A stretch of DNA of 64,000 nt from assembly GCF_009914755.1 (NCBI RefSeq), contig NC_060930.1. One strand, written 5' to 3'. Each line of letters starts with the position of its first letter. Position 1 is the first letter of the stretch. Made by a program: the position numbers and the translations under genes. This document shows, in pieces, positions 28,400-40,520 of this stretch. This stretch comes from the human T2T-CHM13v2.0 reference genome, Homo sapiens. The notes under the pieces were generated by a model, which was not told the origin of the DNA, searched no databases, and saw only the letters and a program-made list of their open reading frames with translations.

Positions 28400-29910
28400 G
28401 TTGCTGACATTTGAGTGGTGGCTGGAGTCCATTTTCAATTTCATTTCACTTCATGTAATTACGCTCAATTATGGTTTAATAAATTGATAATATCAAATTA
28501 ATGCTTTCTTTGAGGTTTGAAAAATCCCAGACACCACAATGTTTAAGAAAAATTCCTTTAACCTACTGCATCATGTCTCATCCAGTCGCTGATACAGAGT
28601 CCTGCCCTAACTTGGAAACTCTGCTCCACAACTATCTGCAGAGGAGACAGCACTGAGAGGAAGCATTTAAGCCGAATACATCCAAGTAGATGTGGATAAA
28701 AACCCAAGGAACTTTTCCTAAAAGTAAGGCACTCATCCAGCTTTCCTGTTTGCTAACATCATCATGCAAAACCCCGTGAGTTTTCAAAGGTTATGGACCA
28801 GCCACTGCTTCTTTGTGAGGCGGGGAGACCTGCACCACGGCCACATCATCAAATTCAATGGCATGTCCCAAGGCAACGCCTGTCCTTTCAGGCTGAAAGC
28901 TTCATTTGTCTTCAGTTCTGCCGAGACCCCAGAGACAGAGCTGCTTTGACAGCCTCCCACTCTCTGAGGGGTCACCTGTCGCCTTGCCCAGGTCAAGGGA
29001 GGTCAGCTTCTCAATGGGAATTTTTTAAAAAAGGAGGCAGGCACGGGTCTGTCCATAAAAGGACCTCTTTGAGGTTGGTGGAAAAAAAAATGCAATGCAT
29101 TTTGTGTTCCCAGTTAGACCTTCTGGAACGAGGCCGCCTGAGAACAGGCCTGTGAACAGTTCCTACTGGAGGACGGCCAACAGAGGCCACCCAGACGTTT
29201 TTCACAGGACCTCTAGCTGCCTCTGCTAACCCAGAGGCAGACGAAATTGGAGTCAGGGCGGCCACCTCCTGCCCCCGTCTCCCCACCCCCACCCCTCGGT
29301 GGCTGCTGAGCAGCACAGGAGTTTACTGAACCAGCTGCCTCCTGACAGGATAAAGCAATTTAGGGTCAAGGACAGGAAACCAGATTTGCACAGGCAAGCA
29401 CAGTGAAAAGCTGCCATTCGCTGATGACCATATGGAGCCTTCACTCTTCTTTTCCTCCCTTCTCTTCCACACACGACCTCCCACACAACAACCCTTTCAC
29501 TCAATATACCTGCTGGAAGAGAGTTCAGTCACATTTTGACACAAGTAGCAGGCCCATATGCAGTTCCTGTGAACATTTCTTCTGTCCCTTTTCCTCCTTT
29601 CCTTTCCTCTGGAGGCCTCGGGCATATCCAGTGGGTACCGTGCGCTGGGCTTGTGCAACGTGGAAAGGCAGGGGCAAGGGCAGCTGTGGGCAGTGCTCAG
29701 CTGTGGGAAGGAACCTTGTGAGGAGCCGCCTCCTCTTTTCTAGCAGAGAGAAAAGAGCTGCCTGTTCTCTAGCCTTCCTCCCCAGGAATCAAAGAGCCTC
29801 CCCACACAGGGCACCCACCTCTGAACAGCCAGCCCGCCTGACAGCTCACCTCAACTAAGTGTGCCTTCCCTCTCCTTCCTCCCGCCCCACTCCTCCACCC
29901 ACTGTGACAA
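28400..29910. promoter_or_regulatory. Candidate cis-regulatory island (enhancer or lncRNA promoter)
   Basis: Repeat-poor; AT-rich TAAT/GATA/IRF-like cluster at 28.43-28.50 kb, then GC/CpG-enriched 28.8-29.9 kb with a G4 motif and GC box (cccgcccc near 29881). Confidence 0.5.
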
Positions 29911-32900
29911 ACCTGAATGTGCTCTTGAATTTTATGCTTCGTTCTTTGGGCTTATGCTTTGCTTCAATCTCCATAAGACAAAAATGTTAATTTGCTTTTT
30001 ACCAAAGCCAGTTCAGATATCCCCTTCTGTGTGAAGCCTCTGGATGCGTTCAGATATTCCCTCCTCTTACAATCTATATGTAAAACTACTACTGATTTGT
30101 AATGAAGTCCTTTAGCTACCGCCGGGGAAGTGTGGATTTTAAGGCTCATCTCCAAGCACCGCAGCATGGATGCTTCATCACTGCTTCTAAACTGATGCCC
30201 CTTATGACTAAACCCAGGCATTTTGGGGGATGGCTGGAGGACACTGAACCTAACAATCCCATGTGTTAGAGCTCATAATTTTGGCTTCATTTGAGCAGTA
30301 CCCTAACAAGCCCTTTAGCTGACCAGCCCCAGCTCTTAGTTACCAACAGGCAGCACAGTCTAAGATGAACTGACTCATTATCATCTGGGAGTGCAGATTC
30401 CGGACCATGGCATCTAAAGACAAACCTATACAAGAAAATTCAGGAGGGAAACAAAAGAACTCCAGCATCATCCCCTTACATGGCTTTTTGTAGCACCAAG
30501 CCTTTATTAAATTCAGTGTGTGTTCTTGTGGAATCTGCACATGTCCTTATTGTCGCTTCTTTAAGCCTGAAGCAGTCTTGCCTCTCTCAGCTGTCTTGTT
30601 CATCAGAGGCTGATGGCTGCCGGTTACTGTTTAGTTGCTGGTAGGATGCTATTTGAAGGAACCACATCTGAGGATGCTCATGCTGCTAAAGTATCTTTTT
30701 AGTTGAATAATGCAAGACAGCACATTTGGGGAGGTAGAAGCACACAGTGGCAGTTCAGAAGGAAGACAAAGAGGAAACAGACCGCTGACTTTGGTGGGAA
30801 CCGGGGTGGTATGTGGTGTCCCTCACATAGAGACACAGATCCTAGCAAATTACCACAATGCCAAACAGAGGGCCATGACAGACATAATGGAACCACGTCC
30901 CTCCTTTGTCCAACAATTAAGAGAAAAGTTACAGTATTTGCTTTTGCTGTTTTCAGCCAAGAGCATTAAAAGTATGTTTAGTTTCCCCCTTAAGATGCAT
31001 TCTAAACATTTCTCAGGTGAAGAGTATGGAGGATATATGCTACCATGGAGCTGCAGCCACTGTCTCAAGCTGTTCATATTTCCTTTTGGGACTTGTTTCC
31101 CATCACACTCCTACTTGCTAATTCCTCCAACTTGTCTTAGGCCACTGGGAAGTCTCTGAGTTGCTCACCTATTGTTTCTCCTTTTAAATTCCAATTCATT
31201 CTCAGCAAGCTCATCACCTGTACAGCAGGGCTCCATGAAGCTCTTCAGAGCTTGCTGATTCTGCTTCTGGGGGGTTGCTAAAGGAATAGATTATAGCTCT
31301 CCCACTTTGCTGTCCCTGGTCATTCATTTGGTCATATGCAGCTCCATGACATCACCAAGTGAGCGCATCACATGCCTGGTTTGTGCAAATTCCCTTACCA
31401 ATTGCTTGTCATTGTTTTGATGGAAAAATAAGAAAAAATAAGGGTAAGGGCACACCTCAACTTTTCTGTACTGCAAAGGTCACAGATATTTTACAAAAAC
31501 ACACTGCAGACACCAAGTACTTCTTAGACTATTGAATAAGTTGTAAGAAACTCCTGAGCTTTTTTCCTAAGCCCCTCTCTGCTCTTCTCACTGAGATACC
31601 TCAGTTCTGAACTTGAGATCAGGCTGGAGATTAGGAAGCTTCAAAGGCTATTTATACGAAACACATACAACATACTTAGGTTCTGATGTAGAAGACAATA
31701 CTCTTTCAAACTTATAAGTAAAACTCCACAAAAAAAAAACTTTTTAATGAATGCAAGGATACTAATCTCTTATAATAATGAGAAATCATCTTTGGAAAAC
31801 TTTAAGTTATGGCTTTGGCAAATAAAGCATATATATATACACACACATACATATACATATATTAGACCTATAATGTCCCCCTGGCAATCCACAGGAAGTA
31901 CAGTATGCATGAACAGATGAATGGATACAGAGATCCTCTCAAATGATTAAGATGGAAATGTATAATATATTTCTCAAAACAAAGCTTTGTGAAAAAAAAA
32001 AAAAAAAAAAAACTCTGGGATGGCCTTCTCGATTCCCAAAAGGCTCAAGATGACTTTGGGACATAGTAAAACCTAAAAGAAAGGAAACCAAATAAAATCT
32101 GCAGGATCATTACATGGTAGGAAGTCATTTTAAAACTGGGAATTTAAGAGCTATGACCTCTGGCCATCCCAGATTCCATCCTTTGTCCTCGATACCCCGA
32201 GTCTTGTCCCATGTAACAGTCTCTGAGGAGCCTTGGTGACACTAATTCATTTATGTATCCAATTTATTCAAGAAGTGTTTGCTTGGGCATTCATTATTTC
32301 AGTACATGGTGTTAAGTACTGTTGGATTTACAAAGAGTAATATTCATAGGGAAGATTCACCGAGTGACTACTAATCCCTATAGTAAGTGCTTTATATGCA
32401 TTTCTTACTTTATTCCTCACAATCCCACACTATGAAGTAGGTATGATGGTTATTATTAGATTATTTCAACTTATAGGTGAGAAAAGTGAGACTTGGATTG
32501 GCCAACTTACCAAGGACATAAATCTATTAAGGGGTTTTCTGGAATACAAGTCCAGATAATCTGACTCCAGATCTCATGTTTTAACCACTACTCAACCCTA
32601 AGCCAGGACATAACCAGCCCTGAGGTACTTATACTTTAGTGGAGGAGGGAAAGCACATCAACTTGTAGAGATACTACAAGGCAGTGTGCTGTAGAACAGG
32701 AGCTTAGGAGCTTGAATGTTTCCTGGAACTGGGCTATATAAGGGTGAAATCACCCATGGCTGAGGTAACCATAGGTAGCTTGAGAGGGAGACAGAATTTG
32801 AGCTATACCTTGAAGGGTAGGTAGGATTTTATAATTGTATCATTATCTCAATTCAAACCTGAATAAAACAAAACAATTTGTAATTGTCCTACTCTTTCTC

Positions 32901-33698
32901 ATGCCCTAGTCATGGAGTCATTTTTTTAGCTCAATACTACCTTATATGAAGTCTTTTCCAAAGCATTTGAAAAGACTACTGAATTTATTTCCTCTTCTGT
33001 TCCTACAACTGCCAAATTGATTCAAAGCCTCATGTCTTCATCCTTTCTGTGCTGCTATAACACAATACATAAAGAATACATAACAGAATTAATAAAGAAA
33101 ATAAATTTTCTCACAGTCCTGGAGGCTGGGAAGTCCGAGACTGAGGGGCTGGCATCTGGTGAGGGCCTTACTGCAGTGTTCTTACAAATTAGAAACATTA
33201 TAGTAAGGGATATAGGAATTCCCTGTCCCTGTCGACTTGAAGGAATTAAAGCATTTTATCAACAGAAAAGTGGAAACATTTTCATTTTAGATAGTTAATT
33301 TCTGCTTTTCAATCACATTTTATTTGACTTTTGGACAACTGACATGCTGAAGCCAAGAATCATTTCAGCACTCTGGTTCCATGAGTTTGGAGGTAGAAGT
33401 TTGGGAATACATTTTTAAAGAATGTACTGTGTATAAATGCTGATCTAGCACATGATAATCATTCTCCATTATCAAGTAAATACCATCACTTTTTATTAAT
33501 ATTCTTTTGGTTGAATTAACACTAAACATTTCTACAGTGAAATTAGTATTCTATTAAGTCAGGAGGGTGAAAAAATAATTGCAGAAGAAGTGAAAATAAA
33601 GCAACATGACATTTGCTGTGAAATTGTCACCAAGGAGTTTCCATAAAGAAATAATAGATAAAATGCAAACGTGGAAAAGGCAAATAAATGTTCTATAG

Positions 33699-34112
33699 CA
33701 GTGTTCTCCAACCTTTTTGGCACCCAGGACCAGTTTCATGGAAGACATTTTTTCCATGGACGGGGGAGGGGAGGATGGTTTGGGGTTGATTCAAATGCAT
33801 TACATTTATCATTAGATTCTCATAAGGCATGCACAACCTAGATCCCTCACATGCCCAGCTCACAATTATTGTGTGCTAGATTAGCTCACAATTATTGTGT
33901 GCTAGATTAGCTCACAATTATTGTGTGCTAGATTAGCTCACAATTATTGTGTGCTAGATTAGCTCACAATAGGGTTCCCACTCCTATGAGAAACGAATGC
34001 TGCCGCTGATCTGGCAAGAGGTGGAGCTCAGGCAATAATGCTTGCTCACCTCCTGCTGTGTGGCCCAGTTCCTAACAGTGCTCTTCTGTGGCCCAGGGGT
34101 TCGGGACCCCTG
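33699..34112. mobile_element. MER1B-type hAT-Charlie MITE
   Basis: cagtgttctccaacctttttggcac...gggacccctg; 8-bp TSD ttctatag (33691-33698) / ttttatag (34113-34120). Confidence 0.9.
33857..33970. repeat. 26-bp minisatellite, 4.4 identical copies
   Basis: Unit agctcacaattattgtgtgctagatt starting at 33857, 33883, 33909, 33935 and 33961 (partial). Confidence 0.97.
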
Positions 34113-34844
34113 TTTTATAGGTTTTTTTCCCCTAAAAATGGCTTATGTAAGATTCTCCTGAAACTTAAAAAAGGCAGATAGAAATCATGATTATTGAAAA
34201 AGAAATTCTGAATTAGGAATTAGTAGTAGCATAACTGAACAAGGTCTAATCAACCATCTTTTTCATGAGCACTAAGCACTGACTAGAGAGTTCAAGAATG
34301 AAAGATCCTCTGAGTCCTCGGGTCTTCCTGGCTCCTCCTGTGCCCTGCTGACTCCTCCATAAGATGTCTATCCCTTTACTTTCATCCTTTCTCTTGTTTC
34401 TCTCAGACCCTGGCCCTACCCACCATCATACCCTCTCAACACACAATATGTTCACAAATGCTAAGCTCACCCAGTACTCCATTCACAGGGAATTGGAATT
34501 TGGGTTTTCTAGAACTCCCTGTTCTTGTTGTTTCATGCCCTTTTAGAGCTCCAGAAGTCACAGACTTCAGTCCAGACTCCGTTCCCCAGAAATGCCAATG
34601 ACAGCAAAGGCTTCCAAGTTCCCAGGTCAGCTTCCCTGCCTCCCTAGGAAACCATCAAAGGCTCTGACTCCCCACCCTGGAGACTTATACGGAGACACCC
34701 AATCCTTCACTCTCAATGCCTTGTTTTCATGAACTAGGAACTCTCATTAGAAAGTGATGAAAAGTTCCAGGCTCCCTAGGGGCATATGGTAATTTTGCTT
34801 CCCATCCTCACCTACTAGCATTCTACCATCTCAGTGTTCACTCT

Positions 34845-35120
34845 TTTTTGTTGTTGTTGTTCACCAGGCTGGAGTGCAGTCGTGCAATCTAGGCTCACTG
34901 CAGCCTCTGCCTGCCCGGTACAAGTGATTCTCCTGCCTCAGCCTCCTGAGTAGCTGGGATTACAGGCACATGCCACCACGTCAGGCTAATTTTTGTATTT
35001 TTAGTAGAGACGGGGTTTCATCGTGTTGGTAAGGCTGGTCTCAAACTCCTGGCCTCGTGACCCACTCACCTCGGCCTCTCAAAGGATTGGGATTATGGGC
35101 ATGAGCCACTGTGCCCAGCC
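34845..35120 (-). mobile_element. AluS lacking about 20 nt next to its tail
   Basis: Reverse Alu; TSD tcagtgttca(c/t)tctt on both sides. Confidence 0.92.
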
Positions 35121-36604
35121 TCAGTGTTCATTCTTATACCTTTAGACCCCAGCCTGTATCCCAATACATGTGATATAGGCAACAGCTAGTTCAACTGAAG
35201 AAAAGATGAATTTACTGACAAAGAGTAGGCCATGACACCCAGTGGGGCCAAGAATGTGGAAATGGAACACAAAAAAGATGGTAAAAAATTAAGGGAATAA
35301 AGGCAAGAATGCCTGACTTTGGCTTTAAACAACCCTAAGAATAGGCCAGTATAGAACAGTGCCCCTTTTTGGGTTAAGACAAAATAGTGAACGACTTAGT
35401 GACAGGAGATTTGGGCTCCAGACAAGGGAAGTATAGGAGACAGATAGGATATAATTATGATGTGATTTTAAAATTGTGGTAAATGCAAGGTCAACCTAGG
35501 ATAATTTCCCAAAATGTCCCCAAACCACAGAAGACAACTCTGCAAGCAAGAGAGATACAGTAATAAAATACCCACCATCAAGGGTGATGCTGCTTTGCTC
35601 TCAAAACCCAGAACGCAGCAGAGTCTAAATAATAGAAGAGTGGCTTAGAAGCTAGAGCTGTAGATCCCAATATCGGGCTCTGGACAAGTGTTAGGCTGGC
35701 TGCATGGGCTCGCCTGGGCAACTTGAAGAAAAAATAGGGCTACCTGGGTTCAATCCCCAGAGATTCCCATTTAGGAGGTCTGGAGTGGTAATCCGGAATC
35801 TACATTTCTTAAAACGGCTCCTGGCTGATTTAAGTGTACAGCCAGAATTGTAATCTACTGGGCTGGAAGCCTCACCTACTGGGTTCAGTGACTAATGTCC
35901 CCTGCTAGTTTGTTGACTGTCTCTCAAAATGTCCATAGGGTGAAACAAGGAGCAAATGCTTGACAAGTAAGTGTATGAACGTAAGGTTGCTTGTGGTTAG
36001 AGCAAGGACAGACTGTCTGAACAAGATATCATTAAAGAAGAAATAAGCAGGTCTGGCATTAGCTGAAGAGTTGCAGAGAAAGTGTGAAACTTGCATGAGA
36101 AAAGAAAAAAGACCCTCATAAACAACTGCTAAGGAAACTTTACATATTAGTGAAAGATAGAATGGCAACAAAGCTAGTGTCATTGAGCCATGGCTTCCTC
36201 TCTTCATCACTGTTCTAGATCCTCAACCCAGTTGTCTGCAGTAATGTCTTCTCTACTTCCTCTGCTTTTAACCTCCTTTAATGACACTGCATTTCCTATT
36301 TTCAAAATGCACTCACCATTTTCAATCCTCATTCTCACTAGAAGGCAGAGTAATATTTTAAGAGTGCTTTGTGGAGCCAGCCATCCCTGGGCTCAAATCC
36401 TGATGTAATTCCTTGCTCATCTTGGGGAAATTACTTGAGCCTCTGTCTCATCCTCTGTTGAGAGGTTTAAATTTACTGTGCTAGACATTTGATGAGTTGT
36501 CACTGCCATTCTTCTCATTTACCCTTCTGCTGCATTAGTCACTGCACTTTTTTCTTGAAATAGTCTGTCTTTGTGGTCTCCTCAGCACTGCATTATCTAC
36601 TCTT

Positions 36605-36859
36605 TTTATTTTTTTATTATTATACTTTAAGTTCTAGGGTACATGTGCACAACGTGCAGGTTTGTTACACAGGTATATGTGTGCCACGTTGGTTTGCTGC
36701 ACCCATCAACTCATCATTTACATTAGGAATTTCTCCTAATGCTATCCCTCCCTCAATCCCCCACCCCCAGACAGGCCCTGGTGTGTGATGTTCCCCGCCC
36801 TGTGTCCATGTGTTCTCATTGTTCAATTCAAAACTATAAGTGAGAACATGTGGTGTTTG
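36605..36859 (-). mobile_element. L1PA (about PA6/7) 3' end, 3' part of an Alu-L1 composite
   Basis: tattatactttaagttctagggtacatgtgcac...gagaacatgtggtgtttg is the L1 3'UTR on the reverse strand. Confidence 0.93.
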
Positions 36860-37190
36860 CTGCTGTTGTTATTGTTGTTATTGTTTCTTTTTTTTCTTTT
36901 TTTCTTTTTTTTTTTTTTTTGAGACTGAGTCTCGCTCTGTTGCCCAGGCTGGAGTGCAGTGGGCGATCTTGGCTCACTGCAACCTCTGCCTCCTGGGTTC
37001 AAGCAATTCTCTGCCTCAGGCTCCTGAGTAGCTGCGATTACAGGTGCCCCCCACCACACCTGGCTAATTTTTTGTATTTTTAGTAGAGATGGAGTTTTAC
37101 CATCTTGGACAGGCTGGTCTTGAGCTCCTTACCTCATGATCCAGGCTCCCAAAGTGCTGGGGTTACAGGCGTGAGCCACCACGCCTGGCC
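36860..37190 (-). mobile_element. AluS, 5' part of an Alu-L1 composite
   Basis: Full reverse Alu ending cctggcc, immediately followed by the TSD shared with the L1. Confidence 0.93.
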
Positions 37191-37363
37191 TGCATTATCT
37201 ACTCTTAATCCTACTCCCATAGTGTTTTTTCTCAATATCTTCTCTTTTTATCTCCTTTCATCTAATTGTGTGTTTTCCCCAAGACAGCCAAAATATAACT
37301 TCTACTTGAAAGACTGTCCCATTTGCTCCTCTCTTCCAGGCAGAGTTAGGGACCCCTCCCTAT

Positions 37364-38873
37364 TGATGGCAGTGGTAGCACATCTGGACCTATGAAGCCA
37401 GCATGAGCTGGGAACAAAAGGAAGCCCCACTCCCTCCCAAGTTGGAGTGGCAGGAGCCTCGCCCTCCCAGACACAGCTGCAGCCACCCAGCCAAGGCTGC
37501 TGACCCAGGCATCTCTGCATTCTTGGGGGCCTGGGAAGCCCCCTGCCCCTGCAGGCTCAAAAGTGCCTGCTCCCACTGCCTCATCACTCCCCACTCCTGG
37601 TGCCTGCTCTGATTTTGGAGAGAAGTTGTGGCTGAGCCTGGGCACTATCACAACCCAGTTGGGTGTGCACAAGTTCAGGGCAATGCTAACATGCCATCCC
37701 CTCGCCACTTCAGCCCCTTCCAGACTTTGGGTGCTGATGAGCACTGGAGAGAGGCCAAGGGGGAGCTAAGGGTGGTTCAGCAAGGGCCTGCAGGCACTCC
37801 TCACCATGAACAGCCTGAGCATCATGACACCATGGACATGGATGACAGGATAACAGAGTCAGGAGGCAGACAGGCTCCTGTGCAGAAAGGGGTGAGTACC
37901 CAGTGGAACCCCACCTTCAGGCCAGGGATGGCCTGAGGCCTGGAGGCCAGGCTGTCAGTTCTGTGGAATGGAGTGAGAACTTATGGTGATATTTCCAGGC
38001 CTGCCCATGGCTGCCTATGGATCAATCAGCACACACTTACTCCCCTCTGAAGCCCATAAAAACCCTAGACTCAGCCAGACTCAGGCAGACAATGGGACAA
38101 CCTCCCTGCAGAGAGAAGCTACCCACTGGCGGGGGGTCTCCTCTCTGCTGAGAAATGGACACTTCACTGAGCTGACCTGCCTGCAGGGAGGAGCTACCCA
38201 CTTTGTGTCTCTTCTGGGCTGTTTTGTCACTTAATAAAACACCCCTTCGCCTTCCTCACCTTCCATTTGTCTGTGTACCTCATTCTTCCTGGACACGGGA
38301 CAAGAACTCAGGACCTGCCAAATGGTAGAGTTGAAAGAGCTGTAACACAAACAGGGCTGAAACATGCCCCTTGTTTGCCATGCTGCGAGTGATGAGAAGG
38401 ATAGAAGAGAAAAATACAGCCCTTTGGGGAGCCCAGACTTAAGAGCTCCCTAGGCCAGGGCAGTTACACCCTCTTTGGGGCTTTGCAGTTCCTGCCATCT
38501 CCAAGATTCTGGGTGCCACTGCATTCCCTGGAGCCAATGTGGAAGCTGCTTTTTGTACACCTGGTCCAGCCGCAGCCTCACAGGGAACTGGTGCCCAGGT
38601 TGGCACCTGGAGTTGCCTGTCTTGCCACATCTGGTGTGCCTGGCTGTGTGCAGTGGGCAGACCCCACACTTACTCACTCACATACCCCTTGCCACTCTGC
38701 ATATGGCTCGCCCTTAACAAGCATGGGATCCAAGCCAGTAGCATGAGCCGAGCACAGCCTACCAGGCCAAGTGGGCAGAATGAGCCCAGTGGTCCCAAGC
38801 AAAACTCAGGCAAAGGCACAGGGGCCACAGAGGTGTCTGGCAGAAAAAGCGACACCCCAAGGATCCTGTGACA
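37364..38873 (+). mobile_element. MER52-family ERV1 solo LTR (about 1.5 kb)
   Basis: tgatggcagtgg start, ggatcctgtgaca end, TSD ctat at 37360-37363 and 38874-38877; GC-rich and the source of many spurious ORFs. Confidence 0.9.
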
Positions 38874-39099
38874 CTATGAGGTCCTCATTAGACCCTCCTT
38901 ATCTGGACCCTGCACTGACTTTTGCATACTAATTATGGTGCAGTGTTATCTTCCTTTCCTGCCAGACGGTGAGGTTTCTGAGGTGGGTGGAGGGACAGAC
39001 TTACTGTGCCTGGAGCACAGTTCTCTGTAAATATCCTTGGAAAGAGATGAAAGATTGAAAAATAATGAATGAAGTCCTCTGTTTCCAAAGCATGTATAG

Positions 39100-39501
39100 A
39101 GCATACTGGCTGACCAGTCTTGTTATCCCATCCCCTTGCCAGTGATTCATTTGGGGATGGGCAAATCTAAGTCAGTTTGAGCCAGTGAAACACCAGATGA
39201 GGCTTACTGAAACTTTATGGGAAATAGAACCAAGTTTCTCTTATTCCTGCTGAGTACAAATGGGAACATATTGGCCCCAGTTGCTACTGATGGGCAACTT
39301 ATGACCTAGAGGAAAGCCAGCCTCATGATGTTGCCAATGCTGTGGATATCAGAGTGAAGATATGGGAAAACCCTTGGTCTCAGGTGATCTTGTTGAGTCA
39401 CATTAAGGACTGGTATAGTCATAGCTATTAAATATTTCCCCAAAACATCAACTGGCCCTGAAGCCCCATCGTCCTCTGGACTTTATGTTGCATGTGAGAA
39501 T
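39100..39501 (+). mobile_element. Old MaLR LTR (MLT1J/K-like) carrying a 50-bp foreign insertion
   Basis: ttggtctcaggtgatcttgttgagtca...ccctgaagcccc...cctctggactttatgttgcatgtgagaata. Confidence 0.65.
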
Positions 39502-40224
39502 ATGTGTAATAGAAATAGAGTGTTTTATGAAACACTAGTTTCCAAGATGCAAAAGCACTGCATACTATAATTCTTTTTTTTTTTGCATACTCTACTTCTT
39601 AATTCTGAAGAGAAGTACATTCAACACAGCTTTACACAAATTCAGCAATTTGGGCAACTCAGTTATACAACTGCCATGTAAATCCATGGGGTGAAGACAA
39701 AATGTTTCTGTGAGATACTAAGTACTAAAGTCAAGGTTACCATTTTCACACAAAAACAATTTCTGTAGAGAAATATCTGTGGATATAAAATGGATTTCAT
39801 GACATTCAGCAACCCCCTTTTCCTCCATCCAGAGAGTCAACTTGTAGCCATCTTCCAAGTGGATGTTAGCAACCATGTTGCAATAGGAACAAACGTTCCG
39901 CAGTGAAAATTACAGTAAATGTGTTGCTCAACCACATATTCAGTCACCTGAAAATAGGTACTTTAATTAAATGATTAAATTCTGCAACTAACTGGTAGCT
40001 AGTATAATTGGTGGATGGTTCAATTACTATTGATTTGCTTACATTCCATGCCTTAAAATATGAGATAAAATTGTTCTGTTTTAGGCCCCATGTGAAAAAT
40101 ACACCAAGAGCAACGAATATAACACAGCCACCATCAGGAATATAAGCGCTAATATGGCAAACCTTCTTTGTTGAATCTTCTGTGCCAACAAGAAGCTTTC
40201 GATTGAAAGAATTGGACTGCTGAT

Positions 40225-40520
40225 GGCCAGGCATGGAGGCTCATGCCTGTAATCCCAGCACTTTGGGAGGCCGAGGTGGACAGATCACGAGGTCAGGAGA
40301 TCAAGACCATCCTGGCTAACACACTGAAACCCCGTCTCTACTAAAAATACAAAAAAAAATCAGCCAGGCGTGGTGGTGGGCACCTGTAGTCCCAGCTACT
40401 CAGGAAGCTGAGGCAGAAGAATGGCATGAACCCGGGAGGTGGAGCTTGCAGTGAGCGGAGATGACACCACTGCACTCCAGCCTGGGTGACACAGCGAGAG
40501 TCCGTCTCAAAAAAAAAAAA
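40225..40520 (+). mobile_element. AluY
   Basis: Y diagnostics (accatcctggctaac, atggcatgaacccgggaggtggagcttgcag); TSD aaagaattggactgctg(a/g)t. Confidence 0.95.

Noticed and set aside
28764-31159. Several 100-150 aa ORFs in unique sequence
   Set aside because: No recognisable domains, overlapping in several frames and strands, and no convincing exon structure.
33857-33970. Palindromic repeat array resembling CRISPR
   Set aside because: No unique spacers, eukaryotic context and no cas genes; it is a head-to-tail minisatellite.
37302-38871. Dense overlapping ORFs in GC-rich DNA suggesting exons or a CpG island
   Set aside because: They lie within a TSD-bounded MER52 LTR; CpGs are depleted and GC content explains the open frames.
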